Shown piece by piece: positions 39,234 to 47,560 of a stretch of 62,767 nt of DNA. Under the pieces are notes generated by a model that ran no database searches, was not told the DNA's origin, and saw only the letters and a list, made by a program, of their open reading frames with translations. How positions within the stretch are numbered: position 1 is the first letter of the stretch; each line of letters opens with the position of its first letter. The DNA is from Pseudomonadota bacterium (GTDB lineage: Bacteria > Pseudomonadota > Gammaproteobacteria > Francisellales > CACEW01): the NCBI GenBank assembly GCA_021848625.1, contig JAJZUD010000002.1, positions 1 through 62,767 of the forward strand. Reading direction: 5' to 3'. A program made the translations under genes and the position numbers.

Positions 39234-40319
39234 TTACCGTGGGTGCTTATGTGCATGATGAATATCAGGATAATGGGGATGTGCATGGGTAAGCGGTTCA
39301 TGTTCGTGCGGATGCTGGTGGGGCTCTTTGCCATCCCAAGCAAAATCATGTTTGTGCTGGTGATGTTCATCATGAACATGATGGTGATTATGATATAAAG
39401 CTTCATGGGTATGAACATGATCATGCCTTTCAGTCAGATGCAGATATACGCCCAGTCCCATTAATACTGCCGCTATCCAAAATAGGATCGAGGGGGTTTC
39501 GTGGAAAAATAGAATAGCAATTGCGGCTCCGATGAACGGTGCAGTTGAGAAATAGGCGCCTGTTCTTGCGGTGCCCAGTCCACGCAAGGCGAGGACGAAC
39601 AATACCAGGCTAATGCCGTATCCTAAAAAACCGACCAAAAGTGCAAGGCTCACATGAGGCCACGTGGGCAGAGTCACTCCAAGTGAAAAGGCCAAGCTTG
39701 TATTGATTGTCCCCGCAACGAGCCCTTTACTACTCGCAATAAATAGTGAATCCGCAGTCGATACCTTACGAGTTAAATTATTGTCAATCGCCCAACATAG
39801 GCATGCCCCAGCGATAAATAAAGAACCTAGCCAGTTTTGCGATGTTGTTCCGCCCTCTGGCCAAGAGAGCACGGCTCCCCCTGCTACGATGACAAGCATG
39901 CCCAACATGATCCGGCGATCTGTGCTTTCTTTAAAAACAAACCAGGCAAGTAAGGCCGTTAAAACTGCTTCAAGATTAAGCAACAGCGAAGCTGCGGCAG
40001 CGCTCGTTTTGATTAACCCGAACATGAGCAGAGTAGGGCCAATCACCCCGCCAAAACCGATGGCTCCAAACAACCAGGGCCACTCTTTCTTGAGCAGTCC
40101 AGGGTGTCGCCAACCTCGATCTCTGATGAAGCGTGCTAAGACTAAACCAATTCCACTGCCGAGATAAAGTAATCCAGCCAGTAATAAAGGGGGAAGGCTC
40201 CCTACTAATTGTTTAGCAAAGGGCGTACTACCCCCAAATAAAACAGCCGCGCCCAGGGCGGAGAATATGGCTGGAGAGAAATGCAGTCGAGACATATTAT
40301 GCCTTATTTTTATAAGCAA
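39234..40319 (-). CDS. DMT/EamA-family transporter with about 65-aa histidine-rich C-terminal tail
   Basis: 10 predicted TM segments (two EamA halves). Tail: HLTERHDHVHTHEALYHNHHHVHDEHHQHKHDFAWDGKEPHQHPHEHEPLTHAHPHYPDIHHAHKHPR. Confidence 0.8.
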   Translation of the reverse strand: MLIKIRHNMSRLHFSPAIFSALGAAVLFGGSTPFAKQLVGSLPPLLLAGLLYLGSGIGLVLARFIRDRGWRHPGLLKKEWPWLFGAIGFGGVIGPTLLMFGLIKTSAAAASLLLNLEAVLTALLAWFVFKESTDRRIMLGMLVIVAGGAVLSWPEGGTTSQNWLGSLFIAGACLCWAIDNNLTRKVSTADSLFIASSKGLVAGTINTSLAFSLGVTLPTWPHVSLALLVGFLGYGISLVLFVLALRGLGTARTGAYFSTAPFIGAAIAILFFHETPSILFWIAAVLMGLGVYLHLTERHDHVHTHEALYHNHHHVHDEHHQHKHDFAWDGKEPHQHPHEHEPLTHAHPHYPDIHHAHKHPR

Positions 40320-41541
40320 TAACTACATCGAATACTGGGTATACATAAACGCCTTTGCCTTTTTTAATGCGCTTTAATAGTCTAAGCTCCTCAAGGGATC
40401 GTAGCGTGTGAGAAATATTAGAGGGCGATTTGCCAATTTTACTGGCCAAATCTGAAACCGAACAGCCCTCTGTTTTAGCGAGCATCTTGAGCACTTCTTC
40501 CTGTGATTCAGAAATGTTTTTTTTCTGTAGGCGCTCTTGAATCAGCATATCAATGAGGGGCTTGGCCGCTTCCAAAGAAATTTTATCGGCCAAATCGCCC
40601 ACATGGAGGAGGCGCAACATGCGTGCCAATAATCCGAAAATATAACGCAATCGTCCATGAGTCAATTTGTGTAGATAGAGTAGGACGGCCCAATCAATGG
40701 GCAGTTCAACAGACTCATTCATTCTAAAATACTTTACGCGCCGATTCACCAACTCTTTAAATTCGGCTTCATCTACAGGATTGATTGTGACTTCATGGCT
40801 GATAATGTCGTCTAAGCGATCGACTTCTTGTGCAATAAAAGCACGCAAGCCCACATCGCCCACTAGAATCCAACTAATTCCATCCGTTTGCATATAGTCA
40901 CGCAATCCATTAAATAAATATTTGAGGTGCTTCTCTTCATGAATAATACCGATATCTAAATTGTTGAGCTGAATCAGAAGCCCATGTTTAAAACCAAGCT
41001 CAATTGTGATTTTGGCTAGCTCTTCCAGGTGATCACCCAGCACACTGGAAGGGACAATCATGGGTTGCGTAACAATGCCTGGTGTTTTTCCATAGTTGGC
41101 TCCAACACTGAGTCCTTGGAAGCCAATTTGCCCCCCAAACGCACGATATGTTTCGGCAATTCGGCTGGAAATGGCCTTTGCGGATTGAAATGCTGGATTG
41201 CTTTCCAGCTCTTTAGCAAATAATAATTCGAGACTTCTGACCACATTCGCAATGATGGCTGCAAACAAGGTTTCTAATGACCAGCCTTCTTCAACCCGGA
41301 TTTCTTTAGGGGGTGTAAAATAGCGTTTTTGTTCTTGAGCATTGAAACGCATCAAATTGGCAAATGACGTTGTGCCAACACCCCTTCCCCCTTCAATAAC
41401 GAGATTAACATTGCGTCCTGCTAAAACATTGCTGCATACTCTGACTTGCTCTTGATGCCCAACGTAGAGCGATAAAGTGCGCTGTTTAATGGGGTCGGTA
41501 TCCAGTGGATCTCCGTTAAAACCCAATACTTCCCAATCCAT
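40297..41541 (-). CDS. ORC/Cdc6- or Arch_ATPase-like P-loop protein with degenerate Walker motifs and a C-terminal winged-helix DNA-binding domain
   Basis: VGHQEQV....L.GRNVNLVIEGGRGVGTTS (Walker A with Thr in place of Lys) and LLIQLNNLD (no acidic Walker B pair). C-terminal MarR-like wHTH (CSVSDLASKIGKSPSNISHTLRSLEELRLLKRIKKGKGVYV). Confidence 0.55.
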   Translation of the reverse strand: MDWEVLGFNGDPLDTDPIKQRTLSLYVGHQEQVRVCSNVLAGRNVNLVIEGGRGVGTTSFANLMRFNAQEQKRYFTPPKEIRVEEGWSLETLFAAIIANVVRSLELLFAKELESNPAFQSAKAISSRIAETYRAFGGQIGFQGLSVGANYGKTPGIVTQPMIVPSSVLGDHLEELAKITIELGFKHGLLIQLNNLDIGIIHEEKHLKYLFNGLRDYMQTDGISWILVGDVGLRAFIAQEVDRLDDIISHEVTINPVDEAEFKELVNRRVKYFRMNESVELPIDWAVLLYLHKLTHGRLRYIFGLLARMLRLLHVGDLADKISLEAAKPLIDMLIQERLQKKNISESQEEVLKMLAKTEGCSVSDLASKIGKSPSNISHTLRSLEELRLLKRIKKGKGVYVYPVFDVVIAYKNKA

Positions 41542-41582
41542 GGCGCTTCCTCATTTGAATTATAGTGAGCCCATTATATCAA

Positions 41583-41600
41583 TTGAATTAAAAAATTCAA
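41583..41600. promoter_or_regulatory. 7-4-7 palindrome TTGAATT-AAAA-AATTCAA, core of an array of TTGAATT/AATTCAA half-sites (41555-41637)
   Basis: Read directly. Located in the 181-bp divergent intergenic region between the wHTH pseudo-ATPase operon and the toxin gene. Confidence 0.4.
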
Positions 41601-41722
41601 GTGAATTAATTATTTCACTAAAATTCAACTATTGAAAGGAAGGGAGCGTTAAAAATATAATCTTGACAGCATATATCTTTTATGTAATACTTGAGGCAAG
41701 TAAAAAAGCATAATTAACAAAA

Positions 41723-42067
41723 ATGTACGAAGTTGAATATACAGATGAGTTCGAGCGCTGGTGGGAGGACTTAAGCGAGGCTGAACAGATCAGCATCGCA
41801 GCGAGTGTGGGACTGTTGGAGCGTTTAGGCCCACAGCTTAAATATCCGCATTCCTCTGGGATTGAAGGTTCTAAGTATGAGCATATGCGGGAACTTAGGA
41901 TTCAACATAAAGGCAAGCCGTATCGCATCCTTTATGCCTTTGATCCTCGCAGAGTTTCCATTTTATTGATCGGAGGCAATAAAACAGGAGATGATCGCTG
42001 GTATGACAAAATGATTCCAATCGCAGATCAGTTATATGAGGAACATCTAATCGAAATTTCAAAGTAA
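41723..42067 (+). CDS. type II toxin, RelE/ParE superfamily (HigB / Gp49-like)
   Basis: YTDEFERWW..L.E.EQ..I...V..L...GP.L..PHSS.I.GSKY..MRELR....GKPYRILYAFDPRR..ILLIGGNKTG pattern typical of the Gp49-like toxin family. Confidence 0.8.
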   Translation: MYEVEYTDEFERWWEDLSEAEQISIAASVGLLERLGPQLKYPHSSGIEGSKYEHMRELRIQHKGKPYRILYAFDPRRVSILLIGGNKTGDDRWYDKMIPIADQLYEEHLIEISK

Positions 42068-42093
42068 ATAAAGAGAAAAACGGAGAGAAAAAA

Positions 42094-42402
42094 ATGGCAA
42101 AATCATTCAATACTTTAAGGGATAAGATGCCCGCAAAAGCTTTAAAAAAAGCAGATCAACTCATGGAAAAAATGATGCTGGATATGCCTTTGCAAGAGTT
42201 GCGTCAGGCAAGGAGCTTGAGTCAGGAACGCCTTGCAAAACTTCTGGATACCAAACAGGCGAATATTTCGCGTATTGAAAAAAGAGCGGATATGTACATT
42301 TCAACCTTGCGCAGCTATGTTCAAGCAATGGGTGGGGAATTGCAGATTATTGCGCATTTTCCAGAGGGAAATGTCAGGATTAATCAGTTTCAAGAGATTT
42401 AA
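42094..42402 (+). CDS. XRE-family HTH antitoxin (HigA-like)
   Basis: LQELRQARSLSQERLAKLLDTKQANISRIEKR HTH. Sits 26 nt downstream of the toxin (toxin-first order). Confidence 0.8.
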   Translation: MAKSFNTLRDKMPAKALKKADQLMEKMMLDMPLQELRQARSLSQERLAKLLDTKQANISRIEKRADMYISTLRSYVQAMGGELQIIAHFPEGNVRINQFQEI

Positions 42403-42557
42403 GAAGCGCTCTTTTATATCGCGGCTGATAAGGCGGGGGTGTACAAATGGCTACACAGATTGCATAACGAAAACGGCATTTTACAGAAGATGCCTACAAA
42501 CGCTTAGACGCACTGCCACGCGGCGCATGGAAGCACCGCAAGCAGCGCAAAGTCGAT

Positions 42558-43863
42558 CTTAGGAAGTGAGAAATAATAACTTGAACAACTTGATTTGTTT
42601 ATAACCTGCTTTCTATCACATAGTTCCATTCACCATGAAAGCTGTTTTCAACCAGCTTAATCTTATCCATTTCCTCCTGGCTGACCTTGATCCCTTTGGC
42701 ATAGACGGCATTATCAATTTCTGATTTGACAACCAAGCCTTTTTTTGTCGTCGTTGCTGCGATTAAATTCACAATCGTTGCACTATCTTTCAGTGGTTGG
42801 CCACGCCAATTTTTGGTGATAAAACTAAACAGCCGATGCTCAATTTTGTTCCACTTGCTGGTGCCTGGCGGGAAGTGGCAGACATGAATGGAAATCCCTA
42901 ATTTATCTGCAAGCTTTTGAAGCTCATGCTTCCACAGGCGCGTACGGTAGCCATTGCTTCCGCCGCAGTCAGCGGTAATCATAATCGCTGGGGCCTTGCC
43001 ATACACCTCTTTGCCCATATTATTCCACCATTTTCCAATACTGGCGACTGCGAATTGTGCCGTGTCAGCGCTCATGCCAACGCTGACCCAGCCATTGTTT
43101 TTGGTTAAGTCATATACGCCGTATGGCGCTGCCTTTCCAACAGAATCATGCGGGAATTCGTGACACTTTACCTTGGTTGGCTTGCCTTTGGGATGGAATT
43201 CTTTTCCCGCATTTTTAAAGTCTCCAAGCAGTTCCTTCTTTTTGGTATCAACGGAAATAACTGGCCAGCCATTTTTTTGAAACTCTTTCACCTTTTCGTA
43301 AATGTATTCAAACTGTGCATTTCTGTCAGGGTGCTTTGCGCCTTCTTTCGTTTTACGATTGCTCTGCAGGCTATATTCCATCTTGTCGAGCAAAGTGCAT
43401 ACGGTTCTTTGCGTCGTAGGACAGCCCTTCAACTTAAGCTCTTCGGCTAGATTGCGCGTGCTTTTACAGGTCCAGCGCAACGGGGACTCTGGGTCTCCAC
43501 GACTAAACGGCTCAATCAGTGATTCCAGCTGTTCAGTGATTTCTGGCTGCTTCTCTGTGATCTTATTTCGACCTCCGCCTGCTTGCCTGACTCGTGTATC
43601 TTTAATCGGCTCAGCAATCTCAATTAAACCCGCATGGATCGTCGTTCTCGATAAACCCGTAGCGGATGAAATCAGCGAAACTCCGCCATAGGGCAAGGCC
43701 TTCGCCTGACTTGCAGCCCACAAACGACGTGCTCTCTCGCTCATATGCGGCGCAAGCAAATCGTACGTGCTTTGTATGTTTTGAAATTGCGATTCTCTGT
43801 TCATCCCAGAAGGATAACATATTTTATACTAGTTGTTCAAGTTATTATTTCTCACTGCCTAAG
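42558..43863 (-). mobile_element. ISAzo13-family insertion sequence, apparently intact (1306 bp)
   Basis: 33-bp terminal inverted repeats with one mismatch (42558-42590 CTTAGGAAGTGAGAAATAATAACTTGAACAACT versus the reverse complement of 43831-43863), 26 bp of them perfect. They enclose a single transposase ORF. No target-site duplication seen. Confidence 0.85.
42599..43804 (-). CDS. ISAzo13-family (Rhodopirellula-type DDE) transposase
   Basis: N-terminal ERARRLWAASQAKALPYGGVSLISSATGLSRTTIHAGLIE and overall 401-aa architecture. Confidence 0.8.
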   Translation of the reverse strand: MNRESQFQNIQSTYDLLAPHMSERARRLWAASQAKALPYGGVSLISSATGLSRTTIHAGLIEIAEPIKDTRVRQAGGGRNKITEKQPEITEQLESLIEPFSRGDPESPLRWTCKSTRNLAEELKLKGCPTTQRTVCTLLDKMEYSLQSNRKTKEGAKHPDRNAQFEYIYEKVKEFQKNGWPVISVDTKKKELLGDFKNAGKEFHPKGKPTKVKCHEFPHDSVGKAAPYGVYDLTKNNGWVSVGMSADTAQFAVASIGKWWNNMGKEVYGKAPAIMITADCGGSNGYRTRLWKHELQKLADKLGISIHVCHFPPGTSKWNKIEHRLFSFITKNWRGQPLKDSATIVNLIAATTTKKGLVVKSEIDNAVYAKGIKVSQEEMDKIKLVENSFHGEWNYVIESRL

Positions 43864-43899
43864 TGTCAAATTTTGGAGCTTCTTCCGCGCATTGGAGCT

Positions 43900-44784
43900 T
43901 TATAAATGATAGGATTTAAAACAAGCGATGATTTTCTTAAATGCCAAATTATGACTCGTAGGGCGATAATACAAAAAAACAGGGATTTCAAGAGGCTCTG
44001 TATCGAGACATATTTCTTCCAACAATCCTGCTTTTACTTCATCAACAACTAAATGCTCAGCGCACCAACCCAGGCCAAAACCACCCAGCAATGCAAGCAT
44101 AAAGTTTGTAGAAGAGTCTGAACTGTAACTCCCTGTGACCTTCACTTTATTATTTTTGTTAAAGGCCCATATTCCAGTGGGAGAGGTTTTTTGAAAAATT
44201 AAGCAATTATGATCGCCTAGTTCGCTCGTTTTTTTAGGAGATCCCCATTTCTGAATATAGCTTGGTGCGCCATAAATTTTGCGGCGAATATTGAAAAGAG
44301 GCTCTTTAATTAATCCTGTTTCAAATAGGTTTTCCTCAGTGATGCTGAAATTGAGAAATCCATCTAAAATGAATTGCGGCGAGATTTCATTTTGAAAGTG
44401 GACTGAAATTTTAGGATGCTCTTCTAAGAAATGATGGATATGGCCCATGAATTTTGGTGTGTTGACTACCCCTGATATGCCGACCACGATTTCACCATGG
44501 GCGCTATTCTCAAGCTGATTCAGTGCATCATCGCCTTGCGTAATGCTTTCTAAGATTTTTTGGGCCTGTGTAAAATAGATTCGTCCGGCTTCGGTTAATT
44601 CAATACGTCTCGTGGTTCTTTCAAGTAAAGGCTTTTTAAGGCGGTGTTCTAATGTCTGAATTTGCTTGGTTAAAACGGAAGTAGATAAATACAACTTTCT
44701 TCCCGCTGCAGAAAAGCTATTACACTCTACGACGGCGACAAATCCTTGCAAGCACGAAAGGAAGTCTAATGCCATTAGGTTCAA
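43900..44784 (-). CDS. LysR-family transcriptional regulator
   Basis: N-terminal HTH FVAVVECNSFSAAGRKLYLSTSVLTKQIQTLE plus a substrate-binding domain. Divergent from the amidase array. Confidence 0.9.
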   Translation of the reverse strand: MNLMALDFLSCLQGFVAVVECNSFSAAGRKLYLSTSVLTKQIQTLEHRLKKPLLERTTRRIELTEAGRIYFTQAQKILESITQGDDALNQLENSAHGEIVVGISGVVNTPKFMGHIHHFLEEHPKISVHFQNEISPQFILDGFLNFSITEENLFETGLIKEPLFNIRRKIYGAPSYIQKWGSPKKTSELGDHNCLIFQKTSPTGIWAFNKNNKVKVTGSYSSDSSTNFMLALLGGFGLGWCAEHLVVDEVKAGLLEEICLDTEPLEIPVFLYYRPTSHNLAFKKIIACFKSYHL

Positions 44785-44947
44785 TTCCTAAGAAAGATTC
44801 AGAACAGATATCATAATAGCAGGGTTGATGATTGCAAGCATAGATTGTTTCCATTTTTAAAAGAAATTATTTCCATAATATTGACCTATACTTTTCGCAT
44901 GAAAATGCGCTAAGATAAAAGGCGTAAAATAACAAAAGGAGCCTATT

Positions 44948-46351
44948 GTGGATAATGTTTTATACAAAACAACCGAAGAATTACGTCAACTTTATCGAAA
45001 AAAAGAGCTTTCACCTGTTGAGGTCATTGATCTCAATCTCAAGCGTATTGAAGCAACAAACCCTACCTATAATTATGTCATTTACGTGGATGCCGAAAAA
45101 GATCGTCAACAAGCAAAATTAGCTGAAAAAGCCTACCAACAAGGTGGTGATGTGCCTTATTTAACAGGCATTCCTCTCACTATCAAAGGCAATGTAGCAG
45201 TTAAAGATGAGCCCCTGACACAGGGTTCCTATGCATTAAAAGATAATGTTGCTAAAGAAAACGATATTATGACGGAGCGTTTATTAAGCTTGGGTGGGAT
45301 TAATGTTGCAAGAACGAATTTACCTGAGTTTTGCCATAAGATGCTGACTGACAATCCTTTATTCGGTTATACCAGCAGTCCTTTCAATATTGAATATTCT
45401 CCAGGTGGGTCTTCAGGTGGTGCAGCCGTTGCCTTGATTGCAGGGGTGGGTACCATGGCCATAGGCTCAGATGGTGGCGGCTCCATTCGTTGTCCTGCAT
45501 CTTGTTCTAATTTGGTTGGGCTCAAAGCCACTACGGGCACGATTCCAGATCCAGGCTGGGGAGATGTGTTTGGCGCTTATCCGATGCGAGGTCCCATGGC
45601 GCGTACAGTACAAGATTGCGCAATTATGTTTGCCATTACTGCAGGTCCTGCAAAAGAAGATCTTTTCAGTCAATTCCAGCCTTCTTTTTCACTAGAAACA
45701 GCACTTTCTCTCAAAGGCAATGTCAAAGGTTTAAAAGTGGCTTATATTGAAAAATTCCGCAATGAACCCATTGACCCAGAAGTATCACGCTTGTGTCGCC
45801 AAGCTGTTGAGAATATGCAGCAGCATGGTGCGATTGTTGAAAATGTTTCTGGAGAAATATTTAACGATGTCGGTGACTTTTATGTGTTGCTGCACACCAC
45901 GGTTCACGCCACGCTTATCGACAAATTCGTGAAAGAGTATGGCGACAAAATGTCTCACTCAATGTTAGGATGCATCGCCCAAGGAAAAACTTTTTCAGCT
46001 GTAGAGCATCAAGCAGCCATGATAAAGAGAACAACTTTATGGCGAAACGTCCAAAATATACTAAAAAAATATGATGTGATCATCTCGCCTACTTTGACTG
46101 AGCCTATGCAGAAACTAGAGGCAGGCGGGGCCATGAATACCGACCTCTTTAAAAAATGGTGCCCTTACACTTACCCCTTTAATATTACTGGAAACCCCGC
46201 ATTAACGGTTCCAGCTGGATTATCTAAAGAGGGCTTGCCTGTTGGAGTGCAGATTGTAGGACCCTGGCATTCTGAAAAGCGCTTGTTTGAAATAGCGCAA
46301 TTCATGGAGGATACCCAGCCATGGAGCCAGCTCTATCCCAAAAATATTTGA
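44948..46351 (+). CDS. amidase (amidase-signature family)
   Basis: GGSSGGAAVALIAG...GSDGGGSIRCPAS signature. GTG start after an AAGGAG RBS. Confidence 0.9.
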   Translation: MDNVLYKTTEELRQLYRKKELSPVEVIDLNLKRIEATNPTYNYVIYVDAEKDRQQAKLAEKAYQQGGDVPYLTGIPLTIKGNVAVKDEPLTQGSYALKDNVAKENDIMTERLLSLGGINVARTNLPEFCHKMLTDNPLFGYTSSPFNIEYSPGGSSGGAAVALIAGVGTMAIGSDGGGSIRCPASCSNLVGLKATTGTIPDPGWGDVFGAYPMRGPMARTVQDCAIMFAITAGPAKEDLFSQFQPSFSLETALSLKGNVKGLKVAYIEKFRNEPIDPEVSRLCRQAVENMQQHGAIVENVSGEIFNDVGDFYVLLHTTVHATLIDKFVKEYGDKMSHSMLGCIAQGKTFSAVEHQAAMIKRTTLWRNVQNILKKYDVIISPTLTEPMQKLEAGGAMNTDLFKKWCPYTYPFNITGNPALTVPAGLSKEGLPVGVQIVGPWHSEKRLFEIAQFMEDTQPWSQLYPKNI

Positions 46352-46364
46352 CCTCAGGAGGACG

Positions 46365-47552
46365 ATGAACATTCAATCTAGAAAACCATCAGTGTTGATT
46401 CTCATGCTGGTGGTCTCATTCGCCTCTTTTTGTGGTTTTTTAATGACCCCCGCGCTAACAGTCATTGCCTCATCGTTTCAAGTAACCGTCGGCGCAGCTC
46501 AGCTTGTGATTCTTGTTTATCTGGTGGGCTATGCGATTGGGCAATTAATTTATGGGCCAATTGCAAATCGCTGGGGACGTAAAAAAGGACTTTATTTAGG
46601 CGTTACCCTTCAGCTGTGTGGGTCCATCTTGTGTATTGTTGGAGCCTATGCACCGTCGTTTGATATCCTCTTGGTGGGGCGGTTTATTATGGCTTTAGGT
46701 GCATGTGCAGGAATGGTGATTGCTTATGCTATGGTGAGTGATGCTTACCCTTTAACGGAGTCACGGCGGGTTGTTTCCTATCTGGTTTTGGCATTTGCAA
46801 TATTAACAGGGGTTTCCACTTCTATTGGCGGGATGTTAGTGACTTATATTTCTTGGCAGTCTTGTTTTTGGTTTTTGCTCTGTTATGGCGTGGTGATTTT
46901 TTTATTATGTCTCCTTTTGCCTGAAACTGCAGATCTTTCTAAAAGTAAACCCATTGACTTACCGACAATTTTTAAAAGTTATGGTCTGATTTTAAAAGCC
47001 CCTGTTTTTTGGGGATTGAGTGTATTAATAGGTTGTACGGCAACTTATATTTATGTATTTGCCGCATCCGCACCTGTTTTGGCCATCCAAAATCTTGGAT
47101 TAAGTGCCGCGAGCTTTGGCTATTTCAATTATATTGTGACAGCAGGTTATTTCTTGGGGAATGTTTTCACGATTGCGAGTGCTCGAAAAATAAATGAAAA
47201 AACCTCTATTGCCACAGGTATTTTGATTGCGACCTTGGGCAGTTTGATTTTAGCAGGGAGTTTTTTAAGTGGGCACCTTACTATTTTTACTTTATTTTTT
47301 TCGGGGATGCTTATTTTTCTGGGACTTCCTTTTATTCTTTCCAATTGCACTGCAACTTTAATGAGTATCATGGAGGACAAGTCAAATACCTCTGCAGCAA
47401 TGAGCTTTATGAATGTGGCTTGTGCTTGTGTTGGAATGGTACTGATGAGCTTATTTCATCGCCATCTCTCTGAAGTGGTTGCCATTATTTTTATGGTTTT
47501 AGTTGTTCTGATGCTCAGTCTCTATCAAGTGTTCCGGTCTGCCCAACGCTAG
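46365..47552 (+). CDS. MFS transporter (Bcr/CflA-like)
   Basis: 12 TM segments; GQLIYGPIANRWGRKKGL loop motif. Confidence 0.85.
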   Translation: MNIQSRKPSVLILMLVVSFASFCGFLMTPALTVIASSFQVTVGAAQLVILVYLVGYAIGQLIYGPIANRWGRKKGLYLGVTLQLCGSILCIVGAYAPSFDILLVGRFIMALGACAGMVIAYAMVSDAYPLTESRRVVSYLVLAFAILTGVSTSIGGMLVTYISWQSCFWFLLCYGVVIFLLCLLLPETADLSKSKPIDLPTIFKSYGLILKAPVFWGLSVLIGCTATYIYVFAASAPVLAIQNLGLSAASFGYFNYIVTAGYFLGNVFTIASARKINEKTSIATGILIATLGSLILAGSFLSGHLTIFTLFFSGMLIFLGLPFILSNCTATLMSIMEDKSNTSAAMSFMNVACACVGMVLMSLFHRHLSEVVAIIFMVLVVLMLSLYQVFRSAQR

Positions 47553-47560
47553 GAATTGCT

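Noticed and set aside
39155-39424. 89-aa minus-strand ORF overlapping the His-rich tail of the DMT transporter
   Set aside because: It is an out-of-frame reading of the repetitive CAT/CAC-rich region, giving an Ile/Met-rich nonsense-like sequence.
42233-42562. 109-aa plus-strand ORF overlapping higA and running to the IS edge
   Set aside because: It is an alternative frame of the antitoxin gene for most of its length, and its Arg/Cys-rich translation has no family resemblance.
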